Source of the DNA: Alphaproteobacteria bacterium | Lineage (GTDB): Bacteria > Pseudomonadota > Alphaproteobacteria > UBA2966 | Assembly: GCA_964291395.2 (NCBI GenBank) | Contig: OZ219856.1 | Coordinates: 640,001 to 704,000, forward strand | DNA: 64,000 bases | Direction of reading: 5' to 3' | Part shown: positions 55,241 to 64,000 of the stretch, in pieces | Layout: every line of letters starts with the position of its first letter | How positions within the stretch are numbered: position 1 is the first letter of the stretch | Notes under the pieces: generated by a model | The model's input: only the letters and a program-made list of their open reading frames with translations | The model's database searches: none | What the model was told of the DNA's origin: nothing | Translations under genes and position numbers: made by a program

Positions 55241-56392
55241 ATGGCTGCGCTCACGGAAACATGTTGCGTCACCGGCATCGGTGAGACCGCCTATACGCGG
55301 GGCTCCGAGAAAAGCCCCACCGCGCTGCAGATGGAAGCCTCGCTCGCCGCGATCGCCGACGCCGGCCTGTCGCCCGGAGACATCGACGGGGTCATCCCGT
55401 TCTCCACGGGATCGGCGGTGGCCGAGGACTTCATCACCAATTTCGGCATCGAGGACCTGCGCTATTCGGTGACGGCGCCCATGGGCGGCGCCAGCTGCGT
55501 CGCCGCCGTACAGTCGGCCGTCGCCGCGATCTCCGCCGGCATCGCGACCCATGTCCTGCTTCCCATGGGACGCAGGGGCTACTCGGGACCGCGCGCCGCC
55601 GCGCGGGTGGCGGAGTTCCCCCAGTTCCGGATCGTCGGCGAGTTCGAGATGCCCTACGGGGCCGTGGCGCCCGTCCAGCTCTATGCACCCATGGCGCGTC
55701 GCCACATGGCGCTTTACGGCACGACCAGCCGCCAGTTCGCCGAGATCGCGGTGACCACGCGCGCGCATGCGATCCTCAACGGCAACGCGGTGATGACCAG
55801 GCCGATCACCATCGAGGACCACCAGCGGTCGCGCATGATCTCCGACCCGTTCCGTCTGTTCGACTGCAGCGTGGAGAGCGACGGAGGCGCGGCCGTGGTG
55901 ATCAGCGGCGCCGGGCGCGCCCGGGACATGCGCCGGAAGCCGATCTACATCATGGGCGTCGCCGAGGGGCACCCCGATTCGCCGAGCGCCATCACCCAGC
56001 GCCCCGACCTCACCGTTCTCGGCCTCGCCAAGGCGGCGCCCCGGGCCTTCGAGATGGCGGGCGTCGCCCGCGACGACATCGACGTCGCCCAGATTTACGA
56101 CTGTTTCACCTACACGGTGCTTTGCCAGATCGAGGACATGGGGTTCTGCGCCAAGGGCGAGGGCGGGGCCTTCGTCGAAGACGGCGCCCTCGGCCTCGGC
56201 GGCCGGCTGCCGACCAACACCCACGGCGGGCTCCTGTCGCAGTCCCACATGGCCGGGATGAACCATGTCGTCGAATTGACCCGCCAGCTGCGCGGCGACG
56301 GCGGCAGCGCCCAGGTGCCGGACGCCGAGATCGGCCTCGTCACGGGCTACGGCGACATGGGCGACGGTTCCATCGCCATCATGCGCCGGTAG
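55241..56392 (+). CDS. SCP2-type thiolase superfamily protein
   Basis: VTGIGET, DCSVESDGGAA, IYDCFT, NTHGGLLSQSH. Confidence 0.92.
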   Translation: MAALTETCCVTGIGETAYTRGSEKSPTALQMEASLAAIADAGLSPGDIDGVIPFSTGSAVAEDFITNFGIEDLRYSVTAPMGGASCVAAVQSAVAAISAGIATHVLLPMGRRGYSGPRAAARVAEFPQFRIVGEFEMPYGAVAPVQLYAPMARRHMALYGTTSRQFAEIAVTTRAHAILNGNAVMTRPITIEDHQRSRMISDPFRLFDCSVESDGGAAVVISGAGRARDMRRKPIYIMGVAEGHPDSPSAITQRPDLTVLGLAKAAPRAFEMAGVARDDIDVAQIYDCFTYTVLCQIEDMGFCAKGEGGAFVEDGALGLGGRLPTNTHGGLLSQSHMAGMNHVVELTRQLRGDGGSAQVPDAEIGLVTGYGDMGDGSIAIMRR

Positions 56393-56397
56393 GGCCG

Positions 56398-56829
56398 ATG
56401 AGCGCGTCGACCGGGAACCGGCTTCTGCCCCAGCCGACCGAGGACTCCCGGCCCTTCTGGGACGCGCTGAGGTCCCGTCGCCTCGATCTTCAGACCTGCG
56501 CCGATTGCGGGACCGTGCGCCACTATCCGCGCCCGGTCTGCCCCGCCTGCCATTCCATGGCGGTCGTCTGGACGACGGCGAGCGGCCGCGGCAGCGTGCA
56601 CAGCTGGACGGTCTCGCATCAGGCTTTCCACCCGGCCTTCCGGGATTGCCTGCCGATCGTCCTGGCGACGGTCGACCTGGAAGAAGGCGTGCGCATGAAC
56701 TGCCGTCTGGAGGGCGTCGCGCCCGAGGAGATCGAAATCGGTCTCCCGGTCGAGGTCGACTTCGAGGAGGTCGACGACGAGGTGACGCTGCCTTACTTCA
56801 GGCCGCGGCGGGCCGGCGGCTCCGAGTGA
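56398..56829 (+). CDS. DUF35 Zn-ribbon/OB-fold protein
   Basis: PFWD...QTCADCG...YPRPVCPAC...SGRGSVHSWT...VDLEEGVR. Confidence 0.93.
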   Translation: MSASTGNRLLPQPTEDSRPFWDALRSRRLDLQTCADCGTVRHYPRPVCPACHSMAVVWTTASGRGSVHSWTVSHQAFHPAFRDCLPIVLATVDLEEGVRMNCRLEGVAPEEIEIGLPVEVDFEEVDDEVTLPYFRPRRAGGSE

Positions 56830-56885
56830 CGGGCCGCCGATCGCCCGCGCCCGCTTCGGACGTCCACCGTAGAAAGCGCCGCTCC

Positions 56886-57338
56886 ATGTCCCTGCTCACA
56901 CCGGAGATCAAGTCCTGGATCGGACACAGCGAGCCGCCGATCACGGTGGAGGTGAGCCGGCGCGAGATCGTCAAGTACGCCGTCGCCACCGAACAGGTGC
57001 GGCAGGTCTATCTCGACGGCGACGAGGCGCCGCCGATGTTCGCCTTCGGCCTGTTCCGGCCGGTGGCGCCGCTGGACGCGCTGGGCCCGGACGGGCTGCC
57101 GCCGATGACCGCCATGCCGGAACTGCCCCTGAAACGGATAATGGCGGGAGGCACCAGGCTGACCATCCACCGTCCGGTCCGCCCCGGCCAGACCTTGGTC
57201 GGCACCCGGTCCATCACGGACATCTTCGAGAAGGAGGGGAGGCAGGGCCCCCTGATATTCGTGGTGACGGAGCTCGCCGTCACGACCGCGGCCGGCGAGC
57301 CGGTGATGGCAGAGACCCAAACCCGGATCGCGAGGTGA
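56886..57338 (+). CDS. MaoC-family dehydratase, N-terminal-type subunit
   Basis: EVSRREIVKYAVA...APPMF...MAGG...RPVRPG...EKEGRQGPL. Confidence 0.85.
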   Translation: MSLLTPEIKSWIGHSEPPITVEVSRREIVKYAVATEQVRQVYLDGDEAPPMFAFGLFRPVAPLDALGPDGLPPMTAMPELPLKRIMAGGTRLTIHRPVRPGQTLVGTRSITDIFEKEGRQGPLIFVVTELAVTTAAGEPVMAETQTRIAR

Positions 57339-57754
57339 CGCCCGTGCCCAGGCTGAGCGAGGTCCGCGTCGGCCAGACGATTCCCGGCCGCAGCCATACA
57401 CCGACCAACGTGTCGCTGTTCCTTTACAACGCCGCGATCTGGAACCCCCATCGCATCCACTACGACGAGAAATACACGACCGAGGTCGAGCGCCATCCCG
57501 GGGTGGTCATCGACGGACCCCTGCAGGGGGATTGGCTGGCCCAGGTGGTCACCAACTGGCTCGGCGACGGCGGCTCGCTTCTCGAGTTCGAGTACTCGAA
57601 CCGCAAGGCCTGCTTTCTCGGCCAGACCCTCGTCTCCGGCGGCGAGATCGAATCCGTCGACCCGGCGAGCGGGCGCGTGGGGCTCAGGCTCTTCGTCAAG
57701 GACGAGGCCGGCGACGTGACGTCCCCCGGCTCGGCGGTGGTCCGCCTCGATTGA
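57335..57754 (+). CDS. MaoC-family dehydratase
   Basis: YNAAIWNPHRIHYD...GVVIDGPLQG. Confidence 0.85.
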   Translation: MTPVPRLSEVRVGQTIPGRSHTPTNVSLFLYNAAIWNPHRIHYDEKYTTEVERHPGVVIDGPLQGDWLAQVVTNWLGDGGSLLEFEYSNRKACFLGQTLVSGGEIESVDPASGRVGLRLFVKDEAGDVTSPGSAVVRLD

Positions 57755-57807
57755 CGGGAACCGCCGCGGCTCGGCGCGGCGCGGGGGCTACGGCGTCGGC
57801 GGCGCGG

Positions 57808-58642
57808 TCACGGGCCTCGGCGCTTTTCCCGATACGCGTCCAGCCATTTTCCCGTGGCGGCGAACGAGAGGCGGGCGATCTCTTCGTAGCCGACCGCTTC
57901 GCGCAACGTCGTTCTCGGCGCTTCCACCGATATCGGTATCCCGTCCGGCAGTTCCGCCATCAGCCCGTACAGGTCGAGACCGCCGTCGCCCGGGAACAGC
58001 CGTTCGAACCGGCCCTGGTGAAGGAGGCCGTCCGCCGTGTCGGGCCGGTCTTTTGGGGCGTCGCACAACTGGACGTAGCGGAATCGGCTTTCCGGCAGGG
58101 AAGCCAGCTGGTCCGTCCTCGGCGCCGGTGCGGTCGAAATGGATCGCGTCGATCATCAGGTGGGCGTTGGGCGCGTCTGCCGCGGCCACGATTCGCTCCG
58201 CCTGCTCGAGGGTGGCGACCCCGGGTGTCCAGGGCATGAACTCCAGATGGAAATCCAGCCCGTATGTCCTGCCGAATTCGCACAATCCCGACAGGCGGTC
58301 CACGTTCAGGGACTCGTCGGCGGCATCCGACGTGACGAGAACCTGCGCGGCGCCGAGCTGCCCCATCGCGTCGAACACCGGCGCGAGGTCGGCCGGGTCG
58401 TCGAACCTGTCGAGCTTGACGTTTTCGACGTCGAGCACGGAGAGCCCCGTGTCGCGCAGTCGCGACAGCGTTTCCCTCAGCATCTCCGACCCCACGTTCA
58501 TGGGAAACGGCCGCTCGCCCGGCAGAGCCGGCACCAGCCGAAGGCCCACCGCGTCGTAACCCGCGTCCGCGGCAAGGGTGACGTGATCCGGCGGGGCCAG
58601 ACCGACGACGGTGAGGTAAGCGAGCGATATCCGTTGCTTCAT
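57808..58642 (-). pseudogene. Sugar-phosphate isomerase/epimerase (TIM barrel) with a frameshift near 58115
   Basis: LAYLT...GYDAVGLR...LEFMPW...IDAIHFDR in one frame; DQLASLPESRFRYVQLCDAP...ERLFPGDGGLDL...SVEAP in another; may be a sequencing error. Confidence 0.8.
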
Positions 58643-58739
58643 CTGGCGGCCCGTCAACTTTCGAAAGACAGCGCGTGGATCGATCGGTGCGGCGTCATGA
58701 CGATTGAAGACGTCCTTCCGTGTTGATCCCGCCCGCGCC

Positions 58740-59144
58740 TCAATCCTGCTCCGGCGACTTCGGAACGGACTCGAGGCCGTTCACCCAGGGCATCGCCGAA
58801 TTGCACCAGATCTGGCGCTTGGGCGGCAGCTGCGCGCGCTGATTGGCGGTGCCCGTGCGGAGGCTGATCAGCCTGGGTCCAGGTCCGACCAGCACGCCGT
58901 ACATTTGGGTGCCGCATTCCGGACAGAACACGAGAGCCCGGAGATAGCCGCTCGCGGCGACCTTGGTGTACGTCTTGACCTCCCCCGTCATTTGGAAGTC
59001 GGACTCCGGCACCCGGAGATTGGTGCGATAGGCGCTGCCGGAAATGGCCTGGCAGTCGGTGCAATGGCAGACGGTGACGTTTTCGGGATCGACCGTCGCG
59101 ACATAGCGGATCCGGCCGCAGTGGCATTGACCATCGATTTTCAT
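58740..59144 (-). CDS. GFA/CENP-V family protein
   Basis: GQCHCG, CHCTDCQ, FCPECGT. Confidence 0.92.
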   Translation of the reverse strand: MKIDGQCHCGRIRYVATVDPENVTVCHCTDCQAISGSAYRTNLRVPESDFQMTGEVKTYTKVAASGYLRALVFCPECGTQMYGVLVGPGPRLISLRTGTANQRAQLPPKRQIWCNSAMPWVNGLESVPKSPEQD

Positions 59145-59362
59145 CGCAACTCCCCAACCATGCGCCGCGCGCACGACCCTCACCGCCGGGAACCCGGGTT
59201 CCCGGCACGGGGTTTCCGTAGCCGATACCCGGGATGCGGACACTGGCGACCTGATACTATCACGACGGATGGTTCAGCGGCGCGTTCCCGGACCCGCCTC
59301 CCCGCGGGCGAGGCCGGAGCGTCGAACCGCCGTGCGCAATTCAGCCCCGGTATCCTGCGGAC

Positions 59363-60577
59363 ATGAAACCCCCGATCTGGCGACGTCCCGTGTTCGTGCT
59401 TGTCTGCGGGACCCTGATCGTCTTCACCTCTCTGGGAATTCGAAACTGCTTCGGTATTTTTCTGCGACCCATCAGCGTCGACATGGGCTGGGGCCGCGAG
59501 GCCCTGTCGTTGGCGCTGGCGACGCAGGCCCTGCTGGTCGGGGCCGCCGCACCCTTCGCCGGGATGCTCGCCGACCGCTGGGGCGCCCCCCGGGTCATCA
59601 TGATCGGCGGCGTGCTGTTCTCGTCCGGCGTGTTCCTGATGGCGCAGTCCACCACCCCGGAAGGCATGCTCGCGAGCGGCGGCGTGCTGGCCGGCCTCGG
59701 TCTCGGCGCATGCGGTTTTCCCCTGGTCCTCGCCGTCGTCGGCCAGATCGCGCCCGACGCCAAGCGGAGCCTGTGGCTGGGTATCGCGTCGGCCGGCGGT
59801 ATCGGAGGCCAGCTTTTCCTCATCCCGCTGAGCCAGTTCCTGGTGTCCAGCTACGACTGGGTCGTCGGCTTGACCGCGCTGGCGGTGATCGCCGGCGTCA
59901 TCGTCCCGCTCGCCTACTCGACTTCCCACGCCGTGTCCGAGACGACCGGCAAGGACACGACCATGAGCCTTGCCGCGGCGCTCGGCGAGGCCGCGGGCCA
60001 TCGCGGTTTCCTGCTGCTGACGCTCGGGTTCCTGGTCTGCGGATTCCAGGTCCAATTCCTGAGCGCGCATCTGCCGGCCTACCTCGTCGACATGGGACTC
60101 GGCGCCTATTTCGCCGCGTCGATGCTGGTGGTGATCGCGCTTGCCAACATGATCGGCGGCGTGGGTTTCGGCTACCTGGGGGGACGCTTCTCCAAGAAGA
60201 AACTGCTGAGCGCGATCTACATGGGGCGGGCCGTCGTGATCTATGTCTTCATCTCGCTGCCCGTCACCCATGCTTCCGTCTTGGCCTTCGCCGCCGCGAT
60301 CGGATTCCTCTGGCTGTGCACGATCCCGCTGACGGTCGGCCTCGTCGGACAGATCTTCGGCGTGCGTTACGTGGCCGTGCTGTACGGCATCACGTTTTTC
60401 AGCCATCAGGTGGGCAGCTTTGCCGGCGTCTGGCTGGGCGGCCGGCTGTTCGACTCCACGGGAAGTTACGGCACGGTCTGGTGGCTTCTCATCGGCCTGG
60501 GCGTCGTCGCGTCCCTCCTGCACATGCCGATCGACGACCGGCCCGTGCCGCGCCTGGCCGGCAACGGAACGACGTGA
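59363..60577 (+). CDS. MFS transporter
   Basis: GMLADRWGAPR motif A; 12 TM; GFLVCGFQ, FSHQVGSF. Confidence 0.93.
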   Translation: MKPPIWRRPVFVLVCGTLIVFTSLGIRNCFGIFLRPISVDMGWGREALSLALATQALLVGAAAPFAGMLADRWGAPRVIMIGGVLFSSGVFLMAQSTTPEGMLASGGVLAGLGLGACGFPLVLAVVGQIAPDAKRSLWLGIASAGGIGGQLFLIPLSQFLVSSYDWVVGLTALAVIAGVIVPLAYSTSHAVSETTGKDTTMSLAAALGEAAGHRGFLLLTLGFLVCGFQVQFLSAHLPAYLVDMGLGAYFAASMLVVIALANMIGGVGFGYLGGRFSKKKLLSAIYMGRAVVIYVFISLPVTHASVLAFAAAIGFLWLCTIPLTVGLVGQIFGVRYVAVLYGITFFSHQVGSFAGVWLGGRLFDSTGSYGTVWWLLIGLGVVASLLHMPIDDRPVPRLAGNGTT

Positions 60578-60606
60578 ACGGCCCGACCCGGGACGAGCGG
60601 CACGGC

Positions 60607-61821
60607 TCATCCCATGACGTCGTCGACGCTTTCGATCCTCGGGCGGGCCACCTCCGGCAGCGTGGGCACGGACTTGAGCCCGGAACCGGTGTCGACCAGG
60701 ACCACCCGTTCGCCCCCGCCCACCAGCCCGGATCGAAGCGCCTTCTTCAGGCCGGCGAGCGTGGTCGCCGCCTCGGGGCAGGCGAAGATGCCTTCCAGCG
60801 CCGCGAGCTCGGCCACCGCCTCCAGGGCCTCGTCCGCGGACACGGCGACGCCGCCGCCGCCGGTGTCGCGCATCAGGCGCAGGATCTGCTTGCCCGCCGC
60901 GGGCGTCGGCGACTTCAGGCCGCCCGGCGGGATGTCGATCTCGCCCCAGGGTTCGCAGGCCTCGCGGCCCTGCTCGAACGCCTTCACGATCGGCGCGCAG
61001 CCCTCGTATTGGGTGACGATCATGCGCGGCGGCTTGCCGCCCACCCAGCCGAGCGCGGCGAGCTCCTCGAGGCCCTTCCAGATCGCGACCGCGCCCGTGC
61101 CGCCGCCCACGGGATAGACGATGACGTCCGGCATCTCCCAGCCGAGCTGCTCCGCGATCTCGTATCCCATGGTCTTCTTGCCTTCGGTGCGGAACGGCTC
61201 CTTCATCGTGCCGACGTCGAACCAGCCGTGTCGCGCGGAGAGCTCGGAGACCATGCCGCCGGCCTCGTGCCAGCGGTCCGCCGCCAGCAAGAAGCTGCCG
61301 GCGCCCGAAAGGCCGCACTGCTTGACGCTGCCGGGCTGCACGTCCGTGGGCAGGATCGAGATGCAGCGCATGCCGGCGCGCGCCGCATAGAGGCTGAACG
61401 CGGCGCCGGCGTTCCCCGAGCTGTTGAGGACGACCGTGCCCACGCCGAGCTCCCGGTACCGGCTGAGCGCCACCGCGGCGCCGCGGTCCTTGAACGATCC
61501 CGTGGGGCATACGCCCTCGTTCTTCACCCAGAGCTCGCCGCAGCCGATCGCTTGCGCGAGCCGGTCCGTGCGGTGGAGCGGCGTCCAGCCTTCGCCCAGG
61601 GTCACCGCTCGGTCGACGTCGGCGACCGGGAGGAGGGGGCCGTAGCGCCACAGGGACGCGGGCCCCCGGGCGGCGTCCTCCTTCGAGAGCTCCTCGCGGG
61701 CGCGGTCGAGGTCGTAGCGGGCGTAGAGCAGTCCGCCGTCTCGGCACACGTTGGGTTGCGGGACGTCGGCGGGGAGTCGTTCATGGCACTCCGAGCACTC
61801 GAGATGGTCAAGGTACGTCAT
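60607..61821 (-). CDS. thrC: Threonine synthase-like PLP enzyme
   Basis: SLWRY, TLGEGWTPL, PTGSFKDRG, SSGNAG, EGKKTMGYE, YPVGGG, TGSGLK. Confidence 0.8.
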   Translation of the reverse strand: MTYLDHLECSECHERLPADVPQPNVCRDGGLLYARYDLDRAREELSKEDAARGPASLWRYGPLLPVADVDRAVTLGEGWTPLHRTDRLAQAIGCGELWVKNEGVCPTGSFKDRGAAVALSRYRELGVGTVVLNSSGNAGAAFSLYAARAGMRCISILPTDVQPGSVKQCGLSGAGSFLLAADRWHEAGGMVSELSARHGWFDVGTMKEPFRTEGKKTMGYEIAEQLGWEMPDVIVYPVGGGTGAVAIWKGLEELAALGWVGGKPPRMIVTQYEGCAPIVKAFEQGREACEPWGEIDIPPGGLKSPTPAAGKQILRLMRDTGGGGVAVSADEALEAVAELAALEGIFACPEAATTLAGLKKALRSGLVGGGERVVLVDTGSGLKSVPTLPEVARPRIESVDDVMG

Positions 61822-61936
61822 GGCGCTTCCTTGCGGGTTGATCGGAAGGTCGGTACAGGTGTCCGCGTCGAAGGAGTTTAGCCCGCCCGGCGGGCGTGCA
61901 CGCCGATTACTTGCGGCGCGCGACCGGTGACATGGC

Positions 61937-62935
61937 ATGAACCTGGTCCGAAACGACTTGCCGAAACGTCGCGCCAAGCGAAATCCCGCCCGCGGTTCCG
62001 CCATCCTGGCCGCTGTCCTAATCTCGGCGCTGAACGGGATGACCGCGATGGCCGAGGCGGAGATTGATCGGGAGCGGCTGATCGAGGACTTGCGGCGCCA
62101 CGTGCGCGTCCTCGCCGGCGACATCGGCGAGCGGTCGGTGGTGCGCGGCGACGGGCTCGAGCGCGCGCAGGCCTACGTGGAACGGGCGTTCGAGGCGTCG
62201 GGGCTCTCGGTCAGCCGCCAGTCCTACGCCTACCGGGCGGGCCGGGTGGCGAACCTGATCGCCGACCTGCCGGATGCGGACCTCGGGCCGGCGCCGTTGC
62301 TCGTCGGCGCGCACTACGACACCGCGCCGGGGTCGCCGGGCGCGGACGACAATGCGAGCGCCGTCGCCGTGATGTTGGAGCTCGCCCGCTGGACCGCGGC
62401 GAACCGGCCGGCCGCGCCGGTGCGCTTCGTCGCGTTCACCCTGGAGGAGCCGCCGAACCACGGCTCGGACGTTCAGGGCAGCCGGGTCTTCGTCCGCCGG
62501 CTCGTGGACGGCGGGCAGTCGGTCCGGGGCGCGCTCATCCTGGAGATGGTCGGATACACGACGCCCAGGCAGGAGTACCCGTTCTTCCTGCGCGCCGCGG
62601 GCTACCCGGAGACCGGGGACTTCATCGGCATCGTCGGCAACCGCGCCTCGCGGGAGTTCGGTCATCGCGTCCGCGCGGCGATGCGCCGAAACGCCGGTCT
62701 CCACGTCGAATCCCTGTTCGTGTGGTTCAACGGCTGGATTCTGCCGGATACGCGGTTGAGCGACCACGCTCCCTTCTGGGACGCGGGTCTTCCGGCGCTG
62801 ATGATCACGGACACCGCCTACTTCCGAAATCCCAACTACCACACGCCGGCCGACCGGCCGGAAACGCTGAACTACGCCTTCATGGCGGAACTGGTCCGCA
62901 GCCTGACCCTGGTCCTGGACGAGCTGGCGCCGTAG
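61937..62935 (+). CDS. M28 family peptidase
   Basis: GAHYD, PGADDNAS, FTLEEPP, SDHAPFW, RNPNYH; start may be 62048. Confidence 0.9.
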   Translation: MNLVRNDLPKRRAKRNPARGSAILAAVLISALNGMTAMAEAEIDRERLIEDLRRHVRVLAGDIGERSVVRGDGLERAQAYVERAFEASGLSVSRQSYAYRAGRVANLIADLPDADLGPAPLLVGAHYDTAPGSPGADDNASAVAVMLELARWTAANRPAAPVRFVAFTLEEPPNHGSDVQGSRVFVRRLVDGGQSVRGALILEMVGYTTPRQEYPFFLRAAGYPETGDFIGIVGNRASREFGHRVRAAMRRNAGLHVESLFVWFNGWILPDTRLSDHAPFWDAGLPALMITDTAYFRNPNYHTPADRPETLNYAFMAELVRSLTLVLDELAP

Positions 62936-63073
62936 ACGCGCGGGAGATCCTCCGGCGCGTCGCCGCAAGGAACCCGTCGGGCGCGATAGCGGGCTCCATA
63001 GGCGGTGGAACCTCGCGGAGCGCATGTCCGGAAGGCCCGAGTTCGCGGCGGGAACGTCTTCCCGTGCCCGCGT

Positions 63074-63850
63074 TCATCCGGGCCGCGTCCGGGAGGCCGC
63101 GTTGCCGGTCCAGAACGGCAGGCGGGCTGCCACCGCCGAGGCGGCGAAGCAGACGACGAGGAACGGCCCGGCGGGGAGGTCGGCGACCGACGACACCGCG
63201 ATGCCCAAGACCACCGCGGCCCCGCCGCTGGCGAACGCCTTCCGGAGGCTGTAGCCCTCGCGGCCGCGGGCGGCCAACGCCGGAAGGATGAGGCTCGCGA
63301 ACACGACGTAGACGCCCACGAGCTGAACCGACGCCGTGATGGCGAGGGCGAACAGCACGAAGAATCCGGTGCCGCCTCTCGCGCGCGGCGCGGCGATCCA
63401 CAGGACGGCGACCAAGCCATACACCGGCAGGAACGAGGCGATGTCGCTCCACGAGACGAACAGAATCTGGCCCGAAAGCACATGCCGCAGTTCCTCGCCG
63501 CCATGCGGGTCGTCGGCGAGCACCAGCAAGGCCAGAGACGCGGCGAGAATGAAGGAGCTTCCGATCACGGCCTCCTGTTCATCCGGCGCCTTTCGTTCGA
63601 TCCAGCGGAAGAACAGCGCGACGGCGACGCCCGTGCCGAAGGACGCCGTTTGTCGGACGAGCCAGGACGGTTCTTCGAACCACAGACCGAGCGCGACGAT
63701 CGCCAGCCCCACGACCTGCGCGGTCGCCAGATCGATGAACACGATGCCCCGCTTCAGAACCTCGATCCCGAGCGGGGCATGAATCGCTGTGACGATGAGC
63801 CCGACAGCAAAAGCAGGCGCTACGATGTAGAGCAGGTCAAGGTCGATTAT
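63074..63850 (-). CDS. Metal (Zn/Mn) ABC transporter permease
   Basis: HAPLGIEVLKRGIVFIDLA.AQ, LSGQILFV, SVQLVGVYVVFASLILPA, DLPAGP; no canonical start found. Confidence 0.85.
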   Translation of the reverse strand: MIDLDLLYIVAPAFAVGLIVTAIHAPLGIEVLKRGIVFIDLATAQVVGLAIVALGLWFEEPSWLVRQTASFGTGVAVALFFRWIERKAPDEQEAVIGSSFILAASLALLVLADDPHGGEELRHVLSGQILFVSWSDIASFLPVYGLVAVLWIAAPRARGGTGFFVLFALAITASVQLVGVYVVFASLILPALAARGREGYSLRKAFASGGAAVVLGIAVSSVADLPAGPFLVVCFAASAVAARLPFWTGNAASRTRPG

Positions 63851-64000
63851 TGGCCTCCTCCAACAACGTCAGCGTGACGTCGAACAGGGCGAAGAGATCG
63901 CGCACCTCGTCCCGCCCGCCGACCGTGAAGGGAAGCTCGACGACCGGAACGCCGGTCCGTTGCGACAGCCAGTCCGCCGCGTCGCCCGGATCGTGCGGCG
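63837..64000 (-). CDS. C-terminus of metal ABC substrate-binding protein (partial)
   Basis: DPGDAADWLSQRTGVPVVELPFTVGG...LFALFD. Confidence 0.75.
   Translation of the reverse strand, partial: PHDPGDAADWLSQRTGVPVVELPFTVGGRDEVRDLFALFDVTLTLLEEANNRP

Noticed and set aside
59180-61881. 855-aa and 870-aa ORFs spanning MFS and thrC-like genes
   Set aside because: Arg/Gly/Ala-rich off-frame or antisense products overlapping well-supported genes.

Overview
A GC-rich bacterial window, probably alphaproteobacterial from gene content (inference), with about 55 mostly catabolic or accessory genes and many decayed remnants. Main blocks: (i) PadR, DUF2141 and a Tat-exported carotenoid oxygenase, then UPF0182. 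(ii) A quaternary-amine (carnitine/betaine) region: BKACE/caiD deletion remnant, betB, SDR, LysR, gamma-butyrobetaine-type dioxygenase, a collapsed ABC transporter, MetF-like, GlxA-type AraC regulator and a dimethylglycine-dehydrogenase-like gene. (iii) A four-component Rieske oxygenase with MsmA/MsmB-like subunits and Tmo-type ferredoxin/reductase, a DmdA-like GcvT protein, a second Rieske oxygenase and a haloalkane dehalogenase. (iv) cspA with small ORFs and remnants. (v) A PrdB/GrdB-like gene with an in-frame UGA (U-x-x-C) followed by a SECIS-like hairpin, i.e. a probable 432-aa selenoprotein that the ORF track splits in two. (vi) A SauS plus SucCD-like (sulfoacetate-type) operon with ALDH and GMC oxidoreductase. 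(vii) An ADP-forming CoA ligase and a thiolase-DUF35-MaoC-MaoC module. (viii) MFS, ThrC-like, M28 peptidase and a metal ABC transporter. No rRNA, tRNA or CRISPR array was seen. Non-coding signals: a ~68-bp pentamer-periodic element present twice, a shared 39-bp promoter motif, 51-bp direct repeats around a TA module, and several operator palindromes. All family calls come from motif recognition by eye, not database searches.
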